A stretch of 39,572 nt of DNA from Octopus bimaculoides (Eukaryota): assembly GCF_001194135.2 (NCBI RefSeq), contig NC_069006.1:13076053-13115624 (forward strand), in the 5' to 3' direction. Within the stretch, counting starts at the first letter, position 1; each line of letters begins with the position of its first letter. Made by a program: the position numbers and the translations under genes. Of the stretch, positions 12,625 to 25,030 are shown one piece after another. Under the pieces are notes generated by a model. That model worked only from the letters and a program-made list of their open reading frames with translations. It was not told the DNA's origin and searched no databases.

Positions 12625-12834
12625 TAAGGTACTCAGAGATTTGGGTGGTTGTACATTTACAGATTTTTATTAATATATCACATGTTTTTATAAATCATAT
12701 ACTAGCACTTTCATCTACTCTAATAGATTCTTAGATTAGAGTAGATGAAAGTGCTAGTATATGATCTATAAAAACATGTGGTATATTAATAAAAATCTGT
12801 AAATGTACAACCACCCAGATCTCTGAGTACCTTA
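12625..12834. repeat. Long inverted repeat: 100-bp arms, 10-nt spacer, 97/100 identity
   Basis: 12625-12724 is the reverse complement of 12735-12834 with 3 transition mismatches; spacer AGATTCTTAG. Confidence 0.9.
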
Positions 12835-13359
12835 CATTTTCTAATATATATACATATATATATGTATGTATGCATGTGTGTACATGTATGTATGTATGTG
12901 TGTGTGTATATATATATATATNNNNNNNNNNCACTTGCCCAAGGTGCCACACAGTGGGACTGAACCTGGAACCATGTGTTTGGGAAGCAAGCTTCTAACC
13001 ACATAACCATATGTATGCATGTATGTATGTATGTATGTATGTATGTATGTATATATGCATGCATGTATTATGTGTGCATGGTGTGTGTGTGTGTGTAATA
13101 ATTAAATTATGTATCATGCACTTTATTATGTATTGTTATGTGTGTGATCCCCTGGGCCATGGAAGAATTACTTTGCCTGAAACCAGCCCATGGAGTGAAA
13201 AGGAAAAGAAAGTGGGGATCGCATCTCAGTGTCTCAAGAAGAAAGGGCTCAGACACGTGCGTCCAAGATGCATCATTGTATCTTAAAGCATGATGGAAGG
13301 GTCATGAATTGAACAGCTTTAATCATAGTTCTGGACAGTCCAGGTTGACCTGGGGCTAA

Positions 13360-13950
13360 ACAACAACAACAAATAACAACAACATCAACAAATAACAACA
13401 ACATCAACAAATAACAACAACATCAACAAATAACAACAGCAACACCTCTCCTCTATCAACATCACTGATTGTTGTAATGAATGTTCAGATGAAGCAGCAG
13501 TCATAGGAAAAAGATAATCGGCTGCATCAAGAGCAGCAGCAGTGGTTGCAACACCAGCAGTTGCAATACTAGGGACTGCAACATCAACGAGTGCAGCATC
13601 GTCAGTAATATAACAACAACAACAACACTGAAGACAGGTGCAACAGCAGCAGCAATAATATGACAACAGCTGCAACAACTGTGGCAACAGAACAGCAGTG
13701 AAAACAACAATGACAATAACAGCAGCAGCAGCAGTAACAACGGCAACAACAACAACAACAACACTGACAGGTAGACAACATTAATTGCTGTGACATCATC
13801 ATCATCATCAGAAGCAGCAGCACTATCATCATCATCACTGTCATAATCACCTTCGCCATCATCATCATCATCATCATTATCGCCATGACCACCACTATCA
13901 CCCTCACCATCATCATCATCATCATCATCGTTAATAACAACAGCAACTGT
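13360..13950. repeat. Compound trinucleotide satellite (AAC/CAG/CAT) including a 19-bp unit AACATCAACAAATAACAAC x3-4
   Basis: Direct reading; source of several spurious low-complexity ORFs. Confidence 0.9.
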
Positions 13951-14995
13951 GAGAGTGAAGCTAAGGTAATCCTCGTGTTAAGATGACGGAAATCTAAGAA
14001 GCAACCAGCTGATAGATTGTTTTTAAAATAATGTTTAAATATTTTTAATACGAAAACAATATCTTTTTTTTTTTTAATCTTTCGGTCCTGCCCACTTAGT
14101 CGGGCCGCAACTTTTTTCGGACACCCGCCAAAAAATGCTGTCATCAACATTTAAAACGATAAATATTTTACTAATTCTTCGGAACATACGTCTTTACATT
14201 TTTAAAATTCTGCAGTTAATCAGAGGCTTGTTATTTTTATCACCTGGTCGTGTTGCTATGTCATCGAGGTCAACCGTGCCTTGCCTTTTTTTAAAATCTT
14301 TTTTTATGGTTGCTAAAACAAAATACCAGTCAAGTACTGGAGTCGATCTAATCGANNNNNNNNNNNNNNNNNNNNNNNNNNNNNNNNNNNNNNNNNNNNN
14401 NNNNNNNNNNNNNNNNNNNNNNNNNNNNNNNNNNNNNNNNNNNNNNNNNNNNNNNNNNNNNNNNNNNNNNNNNNNNNNNNNNNNNNNNNNNNNNNNNNNN
14501 NNNNNNNNNNNNNNNNNNNNNNNNNNNNNNNNNNNNNNNNNNNNNNNNNNNNNNNNNNNNNNNNNNNNNNNNNNNNNNNNNNNNNNNNNNNNNNNNNNNN
14601 NNNNNNNNNNNNNNNNNNNNNNNNNNNNNNNNNNNNNNNNNNNNNNNNNNNNNNNNNNNNNNNNNNNNNNNNNNNNNNNNNNNNNNNNNNNNNNNNNNNN
14701 NNNNNNNNNNNNNNNNNNNNNNNNNNNNNNNNNNNNNNNNNNNNNNNNNNNNNNNNNNNNNNNNNNNNNNNNNNNNNNNNNNNNNNNNNNNNNNNNNNNN
14801 NNNNNNNNNAAAGACTGGATGAGATATATGGGATCGTAAGAAACAACGAATAAGGGGATGTTTTCTTGATGTGAAAAACTGGTCGTGGTTAATCGAAACA
14901 GCCGCGGACTAGGAAGTGAAAATCTCATTGTTTCTTTGTCTCTCTCTCTCTCTCTCTTTTTTTTTTTTTTAACTTCTATCTTTTAAAGGTTTCCC

Positions 14996-15946
14996 ATGAG
15001 AAACTTGAAACTGAGAGCCAGCAGTAGCAGGATCAACATCGTCCATATCTTGTACAGCAGTGACGGCAACAACAACAACAAGCGTAGCAGCAGCAACGAC
15101 AGTGACAGTAGCAACAGCAGCAGTAGTGACAGTAGCAGCAGCAGCAGTAGTACTAGTATTGGTAGCCGTAGTAGCAGTAGTCGCGATCTTGGCAGCAAGA
15201 TAATGACAACATCAACAGCAATGTCGGAGAACCTGCTGCAAAACCAATACGAAGCAGTTTTCGTTTTGGCAAACGAAGGTTTGGAAGGTTTCTACACATA
15301 TTTAGAAACGAACAATATTCCTTTATTCCTGAGCGACGAGGAAGAGAAATATTTCCAAGATCAGGGTAGTATCTCGGCGAGTGAACGACTACAGTTCATC
15401 TTAAAAACCAGTCGAATTCATCAATGGACAGGTCAGTCTGGACTTAAGATTCAAGCTCAGTGTGGTGTCGTTGATGATGACGAGGATGATGGTGATGGTG
15501 ATGGTGATGTTAGGGTGTCTGAACTTATAGACGATGGAAATAGAGTTGGATATAGTAGCGATGGACAGGTTCAGGACAAGAAGACTGAAGACAAAGACGT
15601 TGGCGACGACAGCGATGCGGTGGTAACCCAATCTAATTCAAGCAGCGATGACAAGCAAGAAGATACGACAGATAGCCGTTTCAATCCGTATGCATTTGTG
15701 CCAGGTTCCAGTCCACATCGGATACCCCCAACGTTGCCCAAGATTGAAGTTTGTGTGTTGTTTCAGCCACCTCTATTTGACTCTATGCCCCATATTCACG
15801 ATGTCATCTTAGATACCATTCGCCAAGCCAGATTCTCTATCAAAATCGCCATGTACCTTTTCACTGACATCTTCATATATAACGCCCTGTGTGAGGCAGC
15901 ATCGAATGCCCTGGTCACAGTCGATATACTCCTGGATGCCACACAG
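14996..15946 (+). CDS. FAM83/DUF1669-like PLD-superfamily gene, coding exon 1 (start codon uncertain: ATG 14996, 15203 or 15221)
   Basis: QYEAVFVLANEGLEGFYTYLETNNIPLFLSDEEE resembles the FAM83 N-terminal helix block (xRLALEALxxxGxxAFxxxLxxExxxxFLSxxE). VLFQPP...IRQARFSIKIAMYLFTDIFIYNALCEAA...VDILLD matches the first half of the DUF1669/PLD fold. The exon ends at a strong donor CAG|GTATGT (15946|15947) in phase 0 and is preceded by a polypyrimidine tract with TAAAG| acceptor at 14988. Confidence 0.9.
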
Positions 15947-16005
15947 GTATGTACTGCTCACACCATGTATGAAATATGAGGGAGAAAGAACATGATCAGG
16001 TTGCG

Positions 16006-16057
<52 letters not shown>

Positions 16058-17600
16058 ATACACATACCACAGCCCGTTCATACTTCACTGTGCTTTCATG
16101 CCTGGTGCTCAACCCGAGACAGGAAGCATCAACTAAATTGTCTAATTACCTAACTACAGTGCCTGTGTGTAATTGTATGTGTAATTATATGTGTGTGTGT
16201 ATGGAATCAGGCATCCTACACAGGCATGTATCGAGCGCTTACATGTTTTTGAACGTAAAAAATTGTCAAGTCTTTATATATGTTTGTGCATGTGTGTGTG
16301 TGTGTTATATCCTTACATACACGCACATATACATAAGTAGATGTGTGTTACTTAAACACTTTTGTCTGAAAGTATGTGTTTATATAAAACATACACATAA
16401 ATGTACACATGCAGTATATGTACATACACATATATAATGTATGTATACACACGTACTTGCAGACAAACACACATAATATAACTGCGCATGGCCATCCCGT
16501 ACAACCCTAACGTTTTCATCAATTCTTGCTTATATTATTATTCAAAAAATAAAAAATAAAGAAAATCCATTAAATTCTCTAATGTTTAATTTTGGAGATT
16601 CCTTACAAGAATAAATCGGGGTTAAATTTCGTTTCAGCTTAGCATGTGTTCCTCATGTTGGACATGCTTCATTCATTCAATACTTATTATGAATGAAATG
16701 TCGATATATAGGAAATGAGAAAGAATATTTTACTACAAACCATATTTAGGATTAAGATTAACATTTACACGGTTAATATATTAAAATAAATCTTTCGGCC
16801 ATATAATTGTAATAAATTATTGTTTTCGAAACAAGAATATGTGCTAATTACTATGTCACACTTTGTGTAATCAATACCAACAGATTTATAAACACGATCT
16901 GAGAGAGATGTAATGTTTTATTTATGTAAACATCTCTGGTAGTTTTTTAAAGTCTTGCTTCAAATTGTGGCGTGTTTAATTTTACTAATAAAATTTAGGT
17001 TAGATTAAATTTAACAAAAATCCATAGAAAAAGAACACGAAACGAAACGAGTTACATCTTGTCTTTCACTGCAACTACTATCGCTAACACTATGGCCAGC
17101 TTTATTAGCTTAGGAAATTTCACTTTCATTTATGTTTGTCTCCTTCAATCTCTCTCTCTCTTTTAATGAAATTATTTTTTATATCTTGGTTAAAGGCAAA
17201 TATTTCATATTTCTAGATGGTTTTCAAGGAAAAATTAACAATTCACTCGCTTTTTTATCATTTCGTCTGTGGTACAAGGTTGGGTCGTATAATTATGCGC
17301 GCGCGTGGTTGTATATATATATATATATATATGCATATATACGTACAGGTATGTGCATACCTACGTCTACCTGTATATATAGGTGCATATCTGGGTACAG
17401 GACATTGCAAACAAAACGTAGACAAAAAAAATAATAATAACCAGAGTACAGAACACACACAGGCCACATAAAGAACATTTTCCTTCATCAGCTACCCCCA
17501 TTCTAACACAGGCGTATATGTGTGTATGTATCTATGTATATGTATGAATATGATATACATACAAACATGTATACATCACCAAACCTGTACGTACGTACAG

Positions 17601-17633
<33 letters not shown>

Positions 17634-17659
17634 ATACACACGTACGCACGCATATATCA

Positions 17660-18775
17660 TCGTTTTCATCATCCTTGTTTAACGTCGTTTTTCCATGCTG
17701 GCATTGGTTGGATGCCATGACAAGAACTAACCAACCAGAGGATTGTGCCAAGTGCCAATATCTTCTTCAGCATGGTTTCCATACGTGGATGCCCTTCTTA
17801 ATGTCAACCTCTTCACAGAGTGTATTGGGTACTTTTTACGTGGCACCAGCAGTCACTGAGTAACTCACAAGACAGGGCCATGCAATTGAAGTGGGGAGTA
17901 GGTTGTTGGGAAATACAGGATCAGATATCTTACAGGAGACGCGATACAATTGTTTTATTGATATATTATCAGAAAAGTATTGCTATGAGTGTTGATCCTC
18001 ACAGAGGCAACTGGCACCCGTGCCACTGACATATGAAAAGCACCTGTTGAGCGATGGGTCACATCAAGGTAATGTGGCTGATGCCTGTGTTGCATAACTG
18101 GCACCCATGACAGTGGCAAGTAAAATGCATCTTTCGAGCGTTGGGCTTCCTGGAGGCAATGACAAATGACTGAGACCTTTAGCAATATGCTGTGCTTGAG
18201 AAGAAGACCCATCAAGCCAAGTGAAATCGTAGTAGTGACAGGTACTGGTGTCATGCAACTGGCACCCTGCAGGTGACACGTCAAAGCACCCATTACACTC
18301 TTAGAGTTGTTGGTGTTAAGAAGGGCATCCAGCTGTAGAAACCATGCCAAATCAGACTGAAGTCTGTTGTGCCCCTCAGCTTACCAGCCCTGGTCAAACC
18401 GTCCAACCCATGTCAGCATGGACAATGGACATAAATGATGATGATAAATATATAACAGTAGATTGCATTGGTATTATTTTACTTATACCACAAAAATATT
18501 GACTCATCAGGTTTATGTATAAAATCCATTTGCTGGATGAACTTTTATTTGCAAGAATAAAATATATACCTTCATTCAATATGCTCTTACCACTTCATTT
18601 GCATATCAATGCTAAAACAAATGCATAATAAACATCATCATTTAAGGTGTGTTTTCCATGCTGGCATGGATTTGATGGTCTGACAGATGCTGGCAAGACC
18701 AGGAACTGTACAAGTTCCATTGTTTGTTTTGGCATGGTTTCTACTGCTGGATACCCTTCTTAATGCCAACCACTT
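17660..18775. mobile_element. Three intronic RTE-type 3' ends in alternating orientation (about 17660-17850 -, 17990-18445 +, 18623-18775 -)
   Basis: Each carries the CCATGCT(A/G)GCATGG and TGGATGCCC.TCTTAA / TAAGAAGGGCATCCAGCTG consensus. Confidence 0.7.
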
Positions 18776-20141
18776 TATTCTATTTTAAAGTTTTGTATCC
18801 ATATAGAAATTTTATGTGGACCCCAAGAGTCCTATGGATTCTGGTCGAGAGCTACTCATCTAAATTCATCACTGAAGCTGTTGTTGACTCTTATTCTACT
18901 TCCTGCAGCTTTGACCAGTATGGCCAGTATAACCAGTATGGCCCTCACTACCCATTTGTTGATACAAAGTTTCGTTAGTGACCAACAGATTACTGAACAT
19001 TTTGCCCTGTCAAATGCCAGGCACAAATACCATCCACTTTTCCACACTTGCATGGGTCAGGCAAAATTTATTGCAACAAATTTTTTTCTATAGCTGGATG
19101 CTCTCTCTGTTGCCAACACTCACCTGTTCCCAAATGAGTTGATATTTCTCCCAAGTCCTTTTAACAGCACACTGGCCGGAAAGTTTCTTTTTACAAGAAA
19201 ACTGTAAACAAATGACACTACTTGTATGATGGTGATGTTTGATGACAGTTGAGATGTGATGTCAAGACAGGAAGGCATAAAAATACACACACACACACGT
19301 ATATATGTGTGCCCACACAAATATACACACATGTGTGTATATATATTTGGTAGTATAAACAAATACATCTCAAAATGATATATCATCATCATCATAGTCA
19401 AGATCCCTTAACTGATGCAGCCAGTTGTTGGGATGCCACTCTAGACATTTTCACAGTCACTAAGGTCTTGTACAATCTGAGTCTTGAAATTGTTTTTCCA
19501 TTGTTGTTAGACTTCGTCATGGCAACAGAGGCTTAGCTGAGTCTTGTTATTATCTCCCTTTGAGGTCTGCTGTCCTTCTATATTAATAAACCCAAAATTA
19601 TGTCTGTCTATCCAGGACTCCTGTATCTCAGTCTATATTTGCTCTACATAGACATATTATACCTTTTTTGGAATCAGGATGATTTCAGGATTGAAAATCT
19701 GCCCTTCATTTGGTTCTTGAACATCCAACATTGGGATCTGATTTAAAACCATTTAGGTTGCTATTTCTAGCAAGTAAAGCTTGGCTGATTCACGCCATCT
19801 TGGTTGGCATTTGTCAGGTGATGTCAGAGATCAAGGAGGAATAAAATGACATTCGCTTCGTTAATTTTACATTGAGATAAGAATTTTAGGACAAATTGGC
19901 CAGCAAATGGAATTCAACTTGGGATTGGAACAACAGAATGATTGCATTACAGAATTAATTCTCATCTGTCCTTAACCTCTGATCAAACACCACCAGGGCA
20001 TATGATCATTATAGGCGGATGATAGTCATGCTATTTAGCTCTCTTTGGTTTTGGGTTGTGGGCTCAATTAGCTCACCACAGGAGCCAACTTAAAAGTCCA
20101 CACAGAGAATGACTTTTAAGCTAGTAGTATATAAATTTTGT

Positions 20142-20265
20142 TTTTTAATCAGCCAAAGTTACAAAGTGACTCGAGGGTTGAGAGTTTCATGCACAGGACT
20201 TATCAGCCTGCCATACACAAAACTTTTGGCCCTTGAGTCTCTTTGTAAGTTCGGCTGATTAAAAA
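20142..20265 (+). other. 46-bp stem hairpin (38 WC, 5 G-U, 3 mismatches on the + strand)
   Basis: 20142-20187 pairs with 20220-20265; the inner segment can form CAGG/CCTG around a 9-nt loop. Confidence 0.75.
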
Positions 20266-20304
20266 TAAGGACTATTTTGTCATCTTTGACCGATGGCTTA
20301 CATG

Positions 20305-20885
20305 GTCATCATCATCATCATCATCATCGTTTAATGTCCGCCTTCCATGCTAGCATGGGTTGGACGATTTGACTGAGGACTGGTGGACCAGGAGGTGACA
20401 CTAGGCTCCAATCTGATTTGGCAGAGTTTCTACAGCTGGATGCCCTTCCTAATGCCAACCACTCCGCGATGTAGTGGGTGTTTTACGTGCCACCGGCATG
20501 AGGGCCAGTCAGGCGGAACTAGCGACGGCCACGCTTGAAATGGTGTGTTTTACGTGCCACCAGCACANNNNNNNNNNNNNNNNNNNNNNNNNNNNNNNNN
20601 NNNNNNNNNNNNNNNNNNNNNNNNNNNNNNNNNNNNNNNNNNNNNNNNNNNNNNNNNNNNNNNNNNNNNNNNNNNNNNNNNNNNNACGTGCCACTGGCAC
20701 AAGTGCTAGGAAGGCGACGTTGGTAACAATCACGCTGGTGCTATTTACGTGTCACACTGGTACAGGTGCCATCTCGATTTCGCTTGCCCCAACAGGTCTT
20801 CGCAAGCCGAGTCTAGTGTTCCTATAAATTTGGTTCGATTCCGATTTCACTTGCCTCACCATGTCTTTGCAAGCGGAGTTTAGTG
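20305..20885 (-). mobile_element. RTE-type 3' end spanning a gap
   Basis: CATCATCGTTTAATGTCCGCC...ACGTGCCA repeats...GATTTCGCTTGCCCCAACAGGTCTTCGCAAGC; same family as 22380-22830. Confidence 0.75.
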
Positions 20886-21548
20886 TCCAATGAAGGAATG
20901 TTACGCGTAAGTGGGCTGGCTACATCCCTGGCAGAGGCCTTGGATTTTTGGTCTCACTCTCTCGTCTGTGGCCATCTTCAGTTCAATGGCAAGACCAGGT
21001 CAAGACAACTGGGGATGGAGACAAATGCAGTGGGTGACCAAGGCATGTCTTACTTGCTTCATCTTGTTCCCTGCATTCCCCAATACATTACTGCAGTTTC
21101 TTTCCTTTCTGTTGAACCATGAAGGTTTTATTTTTCTTTTTTGTAGAGTTCACCGGGTCTGGTCTTCATACGCATAGATAGGTAAGCCCTAATATGCTAA
21201 TTAAGCTATAGCCAAGCCCCTGGCAGATGCTATGACTCTGGGGCAGAGTAGATCAGGGAACAATAGGGGCTAAGGGGTGGTTCACCATTTCTCAAAACGT
21301 TTTGACTCATGACCCAGGTCCCTACTACCAAATGCAAAGAAAATATATTTATACATACATACAATGGAAGGAAAATATATTTATACACACATACATACAC
21401 ACACATAAAGAAGAACAGGGTTTAAATTTTAAACCCCATTTGGGTTCTTCATTTTTATATCTATGCCACACCTGGAACCAACCCCTGATTCAGATCTGTG
21501 GTTTATATTGGATTTGGTACCTATGGATGTATGTGTGTGTATATATAT

Positions 21549-21590
<42 letters not shown>

Positions 21591-21838
21591 TTTTATTCTT
21601 TTCTTTGTTTTATGCTGGTGTGTTTACATCCCTGTCACTTAGCAGTTCAGCAAGAGAGGCTGATAGAATAAGTATTAGGCTTACAAAGAATAAGTCCTGG
21701 GGTCGATTTGCTCGACTAAAGGCAGTCCAGCATGGCCACAGTCAAATGGCTGAAACAAATAAAAAATAAAAGAAAATATATNNNNNNNNNNNNNNNNNNN
21801 NNNNNNNNNNNNNNNNNNNNNNNNNNNNNNNATATATG

Positions 21839-22062
21839 CAGCAATCCCTTGACTATCATGGGTGTTATATTCAAAACCCCACACAATTCGTGAAAATTCA
21901 TGAAGTAGAAACAGTACTGTACTGTATATATTTTTTTTAATTATTTTTACAATTTGCATATATTCATTTTATTATAAATGGAAGACAACATCACAGAGGA
22001 ATCGACATAAGTTTGAATAATAAACCGCGATAGGTGAACCACGATATGGCGAGGGATTACTG
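21839..22062. mobile_element. pogo/Tigger-type MITE (about 224 bp)
   Basis: TIRs CAGCAATCCCTTGACTATCATGG / CCACGATATGGCGAGGGATTACTG, followed by TA. Confidence 0.65.
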
Positions 22063-22379
22063 TATATATTATATATGAATACCTGCATGTGACACCTAAT
22101 GGCTGCTTTCACCTCACTGTCAAATTAATGTTACAGTACCTAGCCAATCCTAGTAGCCTAGATTCTAATTATCCTGTAAATAATCAATATATGTTTACAC
22201 ACACACACACACATTGGGCTTCTTTCAGTTTTCACCAACCAAACCCACTTCATCCAAAGTTTTACTTGGTCTGAGTTTGCTCAAAGTACTATGCAGTAGG
22301 ACTCAACTTGTAATCATGCAATTGTGCAGCAGACTTCTTAACCAAACACACTTGTGCGCCTAAGCAGACGACCATCTCT

Positions 22380-22830
22380 CATCGTCATCATCATCATCAT
22401 CATTTAACGTCCGCTTTCCATGCTAGCATGGGTTGGACGATTTGAATGAGGTCTGGTGAACCAGATGGCTATACCAGGCTCCAATCTGATTTGGCAGAGT
22501 TTCTGCAGCTGGATGCCTTTCCTAATGCCAACCACTCCGAGAGTGTAGTGGGTGCTTATATGTGCCACCGGCACGAAGGCCAGTCAGGCAGTACTGGCAA
22601 CGGCCATGCTCAAAATGGTGTATTTTACATGCCACCTGCACAGGAGCCAGTCCAGCAGCACTGGCAACGATCTTGCTTGAATGTCTTTTCACATGCTACC
22701 GGCACAAGTGCCAGGAAGGCGACACTGGGCACAGGTGCCATCACGATTTCGCTTTCGCTTGCCCCAACAGGTCTTCGCAAGCCAAGGTTAGTGTCCAATG
22801 AAGGAGACGACGTTGGCATGGGTGCCATTC
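22380..22830 (-). mobile_element. RTE-type 3' end, ungapped copy
   Basis: Full family consensus from the (CAT)n tail through the GCCACC tandem units. Confidence 0.8.
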
Positions 22831-23449
22831 AAAATTTTGGATGAGGCGGTTTTCACTCTTGTTTCTGATTGAGTCTTTTGAACAGAAACCATAGGTACCT
22901 CCCGTAAGTTATCAAGGGAAAAAGACATTCAGTAGTAGAGAGGGATATGGATGTTGTACAGGTAAAATAAGGGTTAGATTCAGGCAGAGCCATGTGGTAA
23001 GATGTTTGCTCGTCAAGTACTTGGTTCTGGGTTCAGTTCTGCATGGCATCTTGGGCAAGTATCTTCTGCTATTAGCCCGGGGCAGATCAAAGCTTTGTGA
23101 ATAGGTCTATCTACATGTGGGTATGTATGTGTGTGTGTATTTGTGCCTCTTTGTCTTTACATCATATGATAGTTGTAAATGAGCATCACTGTTATACAAG
23201 CAGTGTCATTCATTTCCAATACTCTGCAAGAACAAGTCTGATCATAGGGAAATATTACATTGCTTGCAAAGAGGTGACAGTTGGTGACTGGAAGAGCATC
23301 TCGCCATAGAAAATCTACCTCAATAAACTCCTTCTGACTTGCACAAACATGGCAAGAGTGGACATTAAAACAATAACGATGATGATGAATATAATTTTTC
23401 TTACCATTTTTAAAATCTTCTTTTTCTCAATATCAATTTCCATTATATA

Positions 23450-23748
23450 TGTAAAACCCAAACATATACACAGTCATGTTACCCCAAACACACACATTCA
23501 TGTTAAACCAAACACACACAGTCATGTTACCCCAAACACACACACAGTCATGTTACCCCAAACACACACCAGTCATGTTACCCCAAACACATGCAGTCAT
23601 GTTACCCCAAACATACACCAGTCATGTTACCCCAAACACACACATTCATGTTACCCCAAACACATATACAGTCATGTTACCCCAAACACACATACAGTCA
23701 TGTTACCCCAAACATACACGCAATCATGTTACCCCAAACATATACACA
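23450..23748. repeat. Minisatellite, about 11-12 units of 24-26 bp (CAGTCATGTTACCCCAAACACACA)
   Basis: Direct reading; explains the SHVTPNTH-repeat ORFs. Confidence 0.9.
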
Positions 23749-23794
23749 ATCTGCATTGAATAGTCCTAGCTCTGATACTATAAATGGATATGAG

Positions 23795-24220
23795 ATTGGG
23801 CTGTTGCAGAAAAGAATCGCAAGACAGATTCTTTAAGCTAAGCTAAGTGGCAGAAGACTCTAGGAGTAGACTAAGAATGAAATGGTTGCATATTATCCAT
23901 AATCTCAGTGAGTCTCTCCTGGTCAAGTTGCTACTTTTCTGCATTGGGAAGTCATGGTTCTGGTACTACAGACAAGTGGTTAGGCTGTCACAGGAAAGAA
24001 TTGTAAGACAGATTCTTTAAGGTGTGCCAACCAGCAAAAGACCTAGGGGTAGACCAAGAATGAGACATTTGGATGACATAACTATAGTTTCAGCTGGTTG
24101 TGTTTGGGAATCCATTTGGAAAGTTTAAAGATGGTTGCTTCTAATTAGACCCTATGGTGGGGGTGGTTGAGGATTGAGGACTTTGCTAACAACATCTCTC
24201 CTCAGAATTGTGAGTGGAGA
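23795..24220 (+). mobile_element. Two tandem decayed RTE ORF2 C-terminal segments
   Basis: 23798-23900 and 23981-24080 share AAAGAAT.G.AAGACAGATTCTTTAAG...TAGG.GTAGAC.AAGAATGA; the second reads RPRGRPRMRHLDDI. Confidence 0.5.
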
Positions 24221-24321
24221 AGGTGGATGGATAATTGCATGCAGACATACATACACATGGAACAACTAAAGTAGTTTATACATCCTTTTCAACTGGAAGT
24301 GATTTATACATGCACACACAA

Positions 24322-24363
<42 letters not shown>

Positions 24364-25030
24364 ATTAATACAAGCAACGCATAATAGTGAAAAAGAACAC
24401 AATACAGAGATACAGAATTAAAAATACTTTTCTTTGATTTTAAAGTTGAAAACCACTTTGAAGTCACTATCAACTTTAAAAATGAATAAGTGTGTGTGTG
24501 TGTTTACATGTATATACACACACACATACATACATGCATACACACGTGGCTGTATGGTAAAAAGCTTGCTTCCCAACCACATGGTTCTGGGTAAAAAATA
24601 AGTCCTGGAGTTGATTTCTTTGACTAAAACCTGTCAAGGCAGTGCTCCAGCATGGCCACAGTCAAATGACTGAAACAAGTAAAAGAATATATCCATACAT
24701 ATATGTCCTTGGGGTTTTTGAAGTTGAAAGTGTTGCTGCTGCAGATTTGACAACTCAGCAGTGGCGAGACTTCTAAGTCACTGTCAGATTTTAGAAAATG
24801 GGAAAAAATAAAGTATATATGTGTATGTAGTCTTTTTCCATTTAGCTGTAAAGCTATATAAGTGACTCAAGCCCTGAGAGTTTTGTACAGAGTTCTGAAC
24901 CAACAAATTTAAATTGTAAATTTTCTTTGTGTGTGTGTGCGTGCATGCATGCATACGCCTGTGTGTGTGTGTAAAATTAGAAATATTGCCTTTCTAAATC
25001 TCTCAGAGAGACTTATACAGTAGCAGCATG

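Noticed and set aside
13385-14150. Long poly-Leu/Met/Cys ORFs on the minus strand
   Set aside because: Products of CAT/CAG/AAC trinucleotide satellites with no domain signal.
15947-15979. ORF-track C-terminus VCTAHTMYEI of the 327-aa ORF
   Set aside because: Read-through into the intron past the CAG|GTATGT donor; the fold is completed by exon 27911-28216.
23349-23836. ORFs with SHVTPNTH / MLPQTH repeats; possible CRISPR-like array
   Set aside because: Translations of a minisatellite. The spacers are short CA runs, not unique sequence, and the context is eukaryotic.
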